NCBI GenBank assembly: GCA_045863395.1
Contig: BTVJ01000019.1
Span: 1-64,000 of the forward strand
Direction of reading: 5' to 3'
Source of the DNA: Myxococcales bacterium
GTDB lineage: Bacteria > Myxococcota_A > UBA9042 > JABWCM01 > BTVJ01
Length of the DNA: 64,000 bases
Part shown: positions 56,651 through 64,000 of the stretch, in pieces
Position numbering within the stretch: the first letter of the stretch is position 1
Layout: each line of letters starts with the position of its first letter
Notes under the pieces: generated by a model
Databases searched by the model: none
Told to the model about the DNA's origin: nothing
What the model saw: the letters and a program-made list of their open reading frames with translations, nothing else
Program-made: the position numbers and the translations under genes

Positions 56651-57411
56651 GGGGGTGTCTCCGGTGGGGCAGCCACGACGCGGGTGATCGGCGACGGCGC
56701 CTCACCGCAGCTCTTGGGGATCGTGTACGTCTGGCGGACGAGGCTCCCTGCCGGGGTTCCGAACGACTCGAGGGCCGCGGTCACCTGCTGCTCTTCTCGC
56801 AGGAAGATCGAGCCGCGGTAGTGGGACCAAAGCGGGACACCGGCGACCACGTGCTCCACGAGGGCCGCGGCATCGCCGGGCCGCAGGCGCCCGTGCATGT
56901 GACCCGATGGCAACGCGATGGCGGTGGCGGCGAAGCGGTGTCCCCCGAGGTGGGTGGACTCCCAGACCTCCAGGTCCAGGCCGCGGCGGGCCACCTCCTC
57001 ACGCGCCCGGTCGGCCAGCTCCTGCCCATGGCGGGCGCAGCAGGCGTCGTGGCGCCCGTGGGTGCAGATGATGAGTGCGGGAGGGGCGGCTGCCGTCGGA
57101 GCGTCCATGCGGGCGCACAGGTCGTCCGGTGGGGCCTCGACCCTCCACCCGCCGGGCCAGCCCATGGCGACGCAGCGATCACGGGTCACACCGGGGCGCG
57201 AGATCAGCCGGAGCGCCACCTTGCGCCCGGCGGACCGCGCCGCCAGCCATGGCGAGAGATCCGGCAGGCCCGCAGAGGCGAGCGCATCGTCACCCCAGCT
57301 CCCCTTGGGCCAGCTCACGAGCACCAGCTCCGCGCAGGTCGTCGCGGAGCCCAGCAGGGGTTCACCGGCCGCGAGGCTCGCGTCGCTGCAGAAGTGGCGG
57401 TCCGGGTTCAC
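56647..57411 (-). CDS. Sucrase/ferredoxin-like (thioredoxin-like 2Fe-2S) protein
   Basis: FCS...EPLLGSA; ICTHGRHDACCA; WESTHLGGHRFAAT. Confidence 0.85.
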   Translation of the reverse strand: MNPDRHFCSDASLAAGEPLLGSATTCAELVLVSWPKGSWGDDALASAGLPDLSPWLAARSAGRKVALRLISRPGVTRDRCVAMGWPGGWRVEAPPDDLCARMDAPTAAAPPALIICTHGRHDACCARHGQELADRAREEVARRGLDLEVWESTHLGGHRFAATAIALPSGHMHGRLRPGDAAALVEHVVAGVPLWSHYRGSIFLREEQQVTAALESFGTPAGSLVRQTYTIPKSCGEAPSPITRVVAAPPETPP

Positions 57412-57430
57412 GTGGCGCTCCCGTCGAGGA

Positions 57431-58423
57431 TCAGTCTGGCAACCCCACGCCCCGCGGGATGAGATCGCGGGCCGCGAGCCACTCGGGGTTGAACATGGTG
57501 CTCTGGTAGCGCCCGCCGCCGTCGCACAGCACGGTGACGATGGTCTTGCCGGGGCCCAGGGCGCGGGCGAGGCGGACGGCCCCCACGGCGTTGAGGGCCG
57601 CGGAGCCCCCGACCAGCAGGCCGTCGTGGCGGAGGAGGTGGTGGGCCATCTCGACCACCTCTCGATCGGACCCCTGGAAGGCGTCGTCGAGCTGGGCCCG
57701 CGCAAAGTTGGCGGTGACCCGCCCGATGCCGATGCCCTCCGTGATGGACGAGCCCTCCGCCTCCAGCACGCCGCGCTTGACCCAGGAGTAGAGAGCCGAG
57801 CCTGCGGGGTCCACGACGGCGGCGACCAGCTCCTTGCGGCGCTCCTTGAGGAAGGCCGTCGTGCCCCCGATGGTACCGCCCGTCCCCGCGGACATGACTA
57901 CGCCGTCGATGTGCCCGCCGGTCTGCTCCCACAGCTCGGGGCCCGTCGACTCGTAGTGGGCGTCGGCGTTCGCGGTGTTCTCGAACTGGTTGGCCCAGAA
58001 GGCGTTGGGGGCCGCGGCTGCCATGCGGCGAGCCACGTGGTAGTAGTTGTTCTCGTCCTTGAAGGGCGCAGGCGGCACCAGCTCCACCGTGGCGCCCAGC
58101 AGGCGCAGCGTGTCGATCTTCTCCCGCGACTGGTTGCTCGGCACGACGACCGTCAGCTTGTAGCCGAGCGCGTTGGCGACCACGGCGAGCCCGATGCCCG
58201 TGTTGCCGGCGGTCCCCTCGTAGATGGTGCCACCGGGGCCGAGCGCGCCGTCTCGCTCCGCGCCGCGGACCATCCACAGTGCGGCGCGATCCTTCACGCT
58301 GCCGCCTGGGTTCAGGTTCTCTGCCTTCATGAGGATGGCGCAGCCCGTGGCCTCCGAGAGGCTGCGCACGCGGATGAGCGGCGTCCTGCCGACAGCCCCC
58401 GTGAGGCCGTCCCGAATGTCCAT
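57431..58423 (-). CDS. cysK: Cysteine synthase A-like PLP enzyme
   Basis: NPGGSVKDRAA, EGTAGNTG, WANQFEN, SITEGIG, LCDGGGRY. AAGGAG RBS. Confidence 0.85.
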   Translation of the reverse strand: MDIRDGLTGAVGRTPLIRVRSLSEATGCAILMKAENLNPGGSVKDRAALWMVRGAERDGALGPGGTIYEGTAGNTGIGLAVVANALGYKLTVVVPSNQSREKIDTLRLLGATVELVPPAPFKDENNYYHVARRMAAAAPNAFWANQFENTANADAHYESTGPELWEQTGGHIDGVVMSAGTGGTIGGTTAFLKERRKELVAAVVDPAGSALYSWVKRGVLEAEGSSITEGIGIGRVTANFARAQLDDAFQGSDREVVEMAHHLLRHDGLLVGGSAALNAVGAVRLARALGPGKTIVTVLCDGGGRYQSTMFNPEWLAARDLIPRGVGLPD

Positions 58424-58481
58424 ATGGCGTCTCCTTGGTCTTGCGGAACGGCCCCACTGTCGCAGATCAGGGGCCTCTGTT

Positions 58482-59618
58482 TCAACCGTTGGTTGGGACG
58501 CCGAGGGTGGCCCGGTAGACGTCGAGGGTCTCCCGGGCGCAGCGCTCCCAGGTGAAGGCGGCTGCGCGACGGATGCCCCGCTCCCGGAGACTGGCGCGCA
58601 AGGCGCGGTCGCGAGCGACGCGCACCAGCGCGTCCCCCAGCGCCACCTCGTCGAGTGGCGGCACCAGCAGCGCGGCGTCGCCTGCGATCTCGGGCACGCA
58701 GCTCGCCCGCGCCGCGATGACGGGGCAGCCGCTCGCGAACGCCTCGAGCACGGTCATGCCGAAGCCCTCGTAGGTGGACGCCATCACGTGGGCCGTCGCC
58801 CCCTGGTAGAGGGTGGAGAGGCGGTCCTCGTCCACGAACCCGGCGAGCTGCACGCGGTCTCCGGCGCCGCTCGCAGCGATGGCGTCGCGGATGGGCCCCT
58901 CCCAGGCGGGGCGCATCTGGCCGGCGATCAGGAGGGATTCGTCGAAGTCTCCGGCGCGCCGCCCGAAGGCCCGCACCAGGGCCGGCACCTGCTTGCGGGC
59001 ATCGAAGCCGCCGACGTAGAGGAAGTACGGCCGGTGCGCCGTGGCGGCGGCCGGCCGGAACCGATCGTGGTCCACCCCATGGTGCACGACGGAGATCCGC
59101 GACGGGGGCAAGCCCGTCGCACCCACCAGGTCGCTGCGGGTGTGCTCCGAGATGGCGATGACCCGGTCGGGGAGGCGGTAGCGCAGGCGGTCGACGAGGG
59201 CGACAGCGGCAGAGGGGACCCAGGCGGGGCGGTAGGGCGGCCCGAGCACCGTGGGGATCAGGTCGTGGCAGGTGGTGACGGTCCGCATCCCGGGCAGGCA
59301 GGGCGCGCCCTTGGGGTCGGTCGCATGGAACAGGTCTACGCGACCCGCCAGGCGCGCGGCCCCGGCGGTGTGGGCCAGGGCGTAGTGGGCCGCGTAGGGG
59401 ACCGGGGGCCCCGCCGAGGAGTCCATGGCCCGGGCGACCGCCTCTGCCAGGGGGAGGACGCGCGTGCGGACTCCGCGTCCCACGAGGGCGTACAGCTCCA
59501 GATCCTCACAAGGCGTGGCGGCCAGGGCGCGGGCGAGGGCGAGCGCATAGGTCCCGATACCGCGGAAGCGGGAGCCGGTGGACAGCGGCGTCAGGTCGAG
59601 GCAGGCGCGGGGCTTCAC
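58482..59618 (-). CDS. Glycosyltransferase family 4 (GT-B)
   Basis: RGIGTYA, TCHDLIP, HGVD, YEGFGMTVLEA, FTWE. Confidence 0.9.
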   Translation of the reverse strand: MKPRACLDLTPLSTGSRFRGIGTYALALARALAATPCEDLELYALVGRGVRTRVLPLAEAVARAMDSSAGPPVPYAAHYALAHTAGAARLAGRVDLFHATDPKGAPCLPGMRTVTTCHDLIPTVLGPPYRPAWVPSAAVALVDRLRYRLPDRVIAISEHTRSDLVGATGLPPSRISVVHHGVDHDRFRPAAATAHRPYFLYVGGFDARKQVPALVRAFGRRAGDFDESLLIAGQMRPAWEGPIRDAIAASGAGDRVQLAGFVDEDRLSTLYQGATAHVMASTYEGFGMTVLEAFASGCPVIAARASCVPEIAGDAALLVPPLDEVALGDALVRVARDRALRASLRERGIRRAAAFTWERCARETLDVYRATLGVPTNG

Positions 59619-59947
59619 GGGGCGACCTCCAGGGGGCCGCACCGTACAGCGGGAGCCCGCGCGGGGTCAACCGCCCGGGGTCAGGTAGACTCATTTCCAC
59701 CAGCCGGGGGCAGAGACGCTCGCAGGCGGGGTGTCGAGGGCCTCTCGCCCCCTCGGGGCTCGGACTCCGCGCTCCTCGAAGGAGGCGCTCGTCCTCGGCG
59801 GGAGCTCCCACCTGGCGCGGGCTGGCCATGGAGGTCCTCGACGAACGGATCGAGTCGAACGGTTGACCGGAGGGGGCGCTGAGTCCCACACTGCACGACA
59901 CCACCTACGTCGTGTGGACGTCTGAACACCGTCCCGAGGAGCTGACG

Positions 59948-61804
59948 ATGACGGCACCCGCTCTGCTCGCCCCTGCGGTCCTCGGTGCGACGGCCCGGAG
60001 CAGCGGGGGCGCGCAGGCGGAGGGCTCGCCTCGCCGCCTGCGCCACCGCCGCGCCGATTGGCTGTTCGCACTGGCAGCCGTGTACGCCACCCTGTCGGGC
60101 TGCGGCGAGACCAAGCCACAGTCGTCGAGCAACGGCGTCGTGGACACCGTGTCGGCAATGGTTCCCGCCGCCACCGGAGGCACCATCCGGTTCGCCGACG
60201 GCACCCGCATCGAGATCCCTCCCGGCGCCCTCGCCGAGGACACGACGATCACCCTGACGCGACCGACACCAGGCTCCTATGACACGAGAGCCCTGCTCAC
60301 AGCGGTCGCCCTCGAGCCGCACGGCCTGACGCTCAAAGCGCCTGCCACCCTGGTGCTGGCCTACGAGGAGCCGCCACCGGACGGGGTCGCCTCCCTCGTG
60401 CTCGTGAGCGCGAGCCGGCTGAACCCCCCCGTGGTGGTGGGGGGCCAGGTCGCTCCCTACGCCGTCGTGCCGATGACCGTCGACGAGGGCAGCCGCCAGG
60501 TGTCTGCGTCCATCGAGCACTTCTCCTGGTATGGGCTCAACTCCACTCCGCGCATCCACCTGGCGCTGGAGCTCCCGGGCAAGTACCTGAAGAACGGCGA
60601 CATCCTCTACACGCTCACCGGCGGGCAGGGCTTCAGCAACGCGACCGCGTTCCCCATGCACGTGGGGCTCTTCGTCGAGGACGCCACCCGCGACTCGGTC
60701 ATCGAGTCCACCATCCCTTCGGAGAAGTGCACCGACCACTACTTCCGCGGGGTCGCCACCAACAGCTACGTGGGCACACTCGACAAGAACCTGGGCCTGG
60801 CGAACACCGGATTTACCGAGCTCTGCGGCGAGCACGTCTTCCTGGGAGCGCGGCTGCCCTACGAGACCGACGCGGTCGCCATCACGGGCGCGGTCCGGGC
60901 CAGCGTCGTCGCCGCCGCGAAGAAGCGCGTCGGCGATCCCTACGGGATCCTCACCCTGGACAGCCCGGGCTGGGGCACAGGGACCTTCGGCGGCCCGCTG
61001 ACCGTCGGCACGGGCACGAGCTGCGTCGAGCTGACCGAGGATGCGTGGGAGGACGCCGGCATCAACGTCGTGGTCGTCCCGGACATCTTCCTCACGCCCC
61101 ACGCGCAGTTCCTCGCCACGCGCCCCGTGGACGTCATCCGCGTCGAGGTCGGAGAGGAGGTCCGCATCCCGCTCATCGGCGTCGCCCGCGAGGAGAACAC
61201 GTTCCGCTACAGCCGTGGGACGGTCACCGGCGTTGCCGGCCTCGTGCCGATGAGACTGGAGCTGGTCGGTCCCGCGGACGTGGCGCAGTCGGCCTACGGT
61301 CTCGTCGCTACGAAGTCGCGCCAGGGTCTGCAGGATCTCGTCTTCACGCCGACCGACGCCGAGGCTGGCAGGAGCCACCAGTTCCACTTGAAGCTCGAGA
61401 CCGAGCCGCCGGGCCTGTTCACCACGTTCGACCTGCACGTGGACGTCGCCGAGAAGGCCACGACCCCCGGCGGTGCGGGGGCCTGCGGCGACCGGCCCAA
61501 TGGCGCCTGTGCGGTGGAGGGCGGCGTGTTCTCCGCCCTTCCGTGCGACCTCCCCGCGAGCGACGCGGCGGGGCGCATGGACTGGTGCTGCCCCGCCGAC
61601 CTCTGCTGGCAGTCGGGATCCTGCATCCAGCTCACGTGCCCAGCGGACTGCTACCGGATGAACTGCAACGGCTGCGCGGGCGGGCTGGGGGGGTGCTGGT
61701 GCAACCCCGCGCCGGCCATGGACTACACGTGCTACTGCGAGGCCGGTGACTTCCGCATCACGGGCGCCACGGAGTCGGGAGGGCCGGCGCCCCAGTGCCC
61801 GTGA
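59948..61804 (+). CDS. Lipoprotein: ZU5-like domain, permuted NlpC/P60 (YiiX/YaeF-like) domain and Cys-rich C-terminus
   Basis: GAGGAG RBS; LSGC lipobox; IEIPPGAL...LEPHG...EHFS (ZU5-like); MHVGLF...VIES...VGDPY...SCVEL...AGI...LTP. Confidence 0.7.
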   Translation: MTAPALLAPAVLGATARSSGGAQAEGSPRRLRHRRADWLFALAAVYATLSGCGETKPQSSSNGVVDTVSAMVPAATGGTIRFADGTRIEIPPGALAEDTTITLTRPTPGSYDTRALLTAVALEPHGLTLKAPATLVLAYEEPPPDGVASLVLVSASRLNPPVVVGGQVAPYAVVPMTVDEGSRQVSASIEHFSWYGLNSTPRIHLALELPGKYLKNGDILYTLTGGQGFSNATAFPMHVGLFVEDATRDSVIESTIPSEKCTDHYFRGVATNSYVGTLDKNLGLANTGFTELCGEHVFLGARLPYETDAVAITGAVRASVVAAAKKRVGDPYGILTLDSPGWGTGTFGGPLTVGTGTSCVELTEDAWEDAGINVVVVPDIFLTPHAQFLATRPVDVIRVEVGEEVRIPLIGVAREENTFRYSRGTVTGVAGLVPMRLELVGPADVAQSAYGLVATKSRQGLQDLVFTPTDAEAGRSHQFHLKLETEPPGLFTTFDLHVDVAEKATTPGGAGACGDRPNGACAVEGGVFSALPCDLPASDAAGRMDWCCPADLCWQSGSCIQLTCPADCYRMNCNGCAGGLGGCWCNPAPAMDYTCYCEAGDFRITGATESGGPAPQCP

Positions 61805-61932
61805 GGGGCGGCAGCCACCGTGAGACTCCGGGCGCCGCGGGGAGCCCGACCCTCCACGCCTGCGCCATCGCCTTCCTCTTGCGCCGAGGCCCCGGGACAG
61901 GCGACCCTGTGCGGGCTGAGGAGGTGGCCACC

Positions 61933-64000
61933 ATGAGCAGCAGCCGGACAGTGAGCAGAGCGGGCGTCGCGCTGTGGGCCGTGCTCGTGGGTTGCGGAAC
62001 CCAGGCGGGCGGCGCACTGCCGGTCGCGGACACCTCCACACCCGGATTCGGCGGCAACGCGCAGGTGGGCCATGACGCGGGCTCGGGCGCCGGGAGCGGC
62101 GCTGGCAGCGGGGTTGGCGCGGACGCCGGCGGCGCGCCAGGCGCGGGAGGCGCAGACGCCGGGACCACCCCGGGCGGCCCCGTGGGCACGGGCCCCTGCA
62201 CCGACGCCTCGGACTGCAACGACCACAACACCTGCACCGACGACGTCTGCGCCGGAGGCACCTGCTACCACACCAACAACACCGCCCCGTGCAACGACGG
62301 GGACGCCTGTACCGTGGACGACGCATGCTGGAAGGGGACCTGCACTGGGACTCCCCTCCTCTGCGACGACGGCGACCCCTGCACCGAGGACGCCTGCGCG
62401 GACGGCGCCTGCTTCGCCGCGTCCATCTCCGCCGACAAGGGGTGCGCGCCGGCCATCTCCGTGGCCTCACCGACACGAGGGGCCACCCTGTCCGGACCGG
62501 GACCCGTCCAGGTGGCGGGCTCGGTGATCCTCCCTGGAGGCCCCCTGGCGTCCTTCACGCTCAACGGCGCGACGGTCGCCGTGGACGCCGAGGGCAGCTT
62601 CTCGACCGCCGTCACCCCCTCCGTCGGCGTGAACCTGCTGCGCTTCGTAGCCAAGGGGAAGGGCGGCGCGACGGCCACGGCCTCCCAGTCCTTCGCCTGG
62701 GCGCCGACCCTGCACACGGTGGGGACCTCGTCCCAGCTCACGGTGGTGGACGGCTCGTCGGGGCTGTGGCTCGGCAAGGAGCTCTTCGACGACGACGACC
62801 CGCAGGACCTGGACGACCTCTCCGCCCTCGCGTGGCTGCTGCTCGACACCTTCGACGTGAACAAGGCCATCCCATCGCCGCTCTTCGCGGAGGGTCAGGA
62901 GCCGTCCTTCGGGTGGTGCAAGTGGGACGTCAAGGTGTCGAAGGTCGACTACGAGGTCGGCGACGTGGACGTGCTCCCCGTGCCTGGCGCCATCCGCATC
63001 CACGCCACCCTGACCGGCTTCAAGGCGTGGTTCGAGGCCGTGGCGAGCTGGTGCCCCGACGCGCTCGGCTGGGTGTACGCGGACGCGGTGACCCTGGACG
63101 CGGAGCTGTCGGTCGTCGTCACCGAGGGCGGCAGCATCGACGTGGACCTGCTCTGGGTGGACGTGGCGATCACGGGGGTCAACGTCGATGCGCAGAAGGG
63201 CACGGCGGCGCTCTTCGACTGGCTGATCAACTGGTTCGAGGACGACCTGGCCGCCAAGCTGGAGGCCGAGCTCGAGAAGTTCATCCCGCAGAAGATCGTG
63301 CCGTTGGTCGATGGCGTGCTTTCCGGCTTCGCGAGCTTCAAGACCACCATCCCGGTGCCCGCCCTCGTGCCGTCGGCCCAGCCCGTGAGCGTGGGCCTGG
63401 ACGTGCGCGCTGGCCAGGTCGGCTTCGCGAGCGCCGGCGCCACGTTCCACCTGAAGGCTGGCGCAGGTGCGGCCAAGGCGAGCAGCCATGTGTCTCCAGG
63501 CACAATCGCCCGCGGGGCCTGCGGCGCCAGCGGCAACCCGACGAGCTGCGTCGGCCAGTGTGGGGGCCAGGCCCCGGGCGGGTGCTACTGCGACGCGGAC
63601 TGCGTCAAGTTTGGAGACTGCTGCACGGACGCCTGCAAGGCCTGCGGGCAGTGTCTGGTCGTGCCCCCGGCGGAGAGCTGCGGCGGCAAGTGCGGCGATC
63701 AGGCTCAGTCCGGCTGCTATTGCGACGCGGAGTGCATGAAGTACGGAGACTGCTGCGCCGACGCCTGTGACAAGTGCGGCCACTGCAAGGGAGACTCCTT
63801 CGTCCCGACCCCCTTGCCGAAGCAGTCTCCCGTCGAGCTGTTCGTCCACGAGGACCTGCTCAATCAGCTCCTCTTTGCCGTCTGGTGGGCCGGCGGGCTC
63901 GACTTGACCCTGACGGACGCGACGGTTCCCGCAGTGACGGGCATGGGAATCTCCAACATGAATCTCAAGATCGACCTGAGCCTGCCGCCGATAGTTACCA
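61933..64000 (+). CDS. Partial lipoprotein (runs off the window): CDDGxxCT repeats, Ig-like domain, BPI/LBP-like region with two somatomedin-B-like Cys repeats
   Basis: GAGGAGG RBS, ATG 61933, LVGC lipobox. The frame appears open to 64000, which explains its absence from the ORF track. CYCDxxCxKxGDCCxD twice; HEDLLNQLLFAVWWAGGL. Confidence 0.8.
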   Translation, partial: MSSSRTVSRAGVALWAVLVGCGTQAGGALPVADTSTPGFGGNAQVGHDAGSGAGSGAGSGVGADAGGAPGAGGADAGTTPGGPVGTGPCTDASDCNDHNTCTDDVCAGGTCYHTNNTAPCNDGDACTVDDACWKGTCTGTPLLCDDGDPCTEDACADGACFAASISADKGCAPAISVASPTRGATLSGPGPVQVAGSVILPGGPLASFTLNGATVAVDAEGSFSTAVTPSVGVNLLRFVAKGKGGATATASQSFAWAPTLHTVGTSSQLTVVDGSSGLWLGKELFDDDDPQDLDDLSALAWLLLDTFDVNKAIPSPLFAEGQEPSFGWCKWDVKVSKVDYEVGDVDVLPVPGAIRIHATLTGFKAWFEAVASWCPDALGWVYADAVTLDAELSVVVTEGGSIDVDLLWVDVAITGVNVDAQKGTAALFDWLINWFEDDLAAKLEAELEKFIPQKIVPLVDGVLSGFASFKTTIPVPALVPSAQPVSVGLDVRAGQVGFASAGATFHLKAGAGAAKASSHVSPGTIARGACGASGNPTSCVGQCGGQAPGGCYCDADCVKFGDCCTDACKACGQCLVVPPAESCGGKCGDQAQSGCYCDAECMKYGDCCADACDKCGHCKGDSFVPTPLPKQSPVELFVHEDLLNQLLFAVWWAGGLDLTLTDATVPAVTGMGISNMNLKIDLSLPPIVT

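Noticed and set aside
59619..59947. 330-bp divergent intergenic region with short hairpins (possible ncRNA)
   Set aside because: The hairpins are short and expected at this GC content. No tRNA or known RNA motif was recognised, and divergent promoters explain the region.

Overview
High-GC bacterial DNA, probably from a myxobacterium-like (Myxococcota) organism. That is an inference from MYXO-CTERM-like C-termini and many Cys-rich, MopE-type-repeat lipoproteins. About 45 CDSs are supported. Housekeeping and metabolic genes include a PaaZ/BoxD-type ALDH, rluA-like, lon, moaA, hpf, sahR-ahcY, three cysteine-synthase-family PLP enzymes, osmC-like and an M16 peptidase pair. An MCE/Mla-Pqi lipid-transport operon is split by a lon-MITE-moaA block on the opposite strand. 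A 176-bp MITE has perfect 22-bp TIRs and a TTA duplication. An accessory-looking block at 24-31 kb holds a DUF4157 (eCIS-core) protein fused to cell-wall-binding repeats and an M15-like peptidase, a paired HTH-NB-ARC plus kinase-STAND ATPase operon, a GMC oxidoreductase and a degenerate GGDEF protein. Many modular surface proteins are present: NlpC/P60, M23, permuted NlpC/P60, PA14, cytochrome P460-like, and a BPI-like protein with somatomedin-B-like repeats. Several sigma70 promoters end 6-9 nt before a start codon, suggesting leaderless mRNAs. A sigma54 site precedes a 70-aa microprotein. No rRNA, tRNA or CRISPR array was seen. All domain calls come from motif recognition by eye, not database searches.
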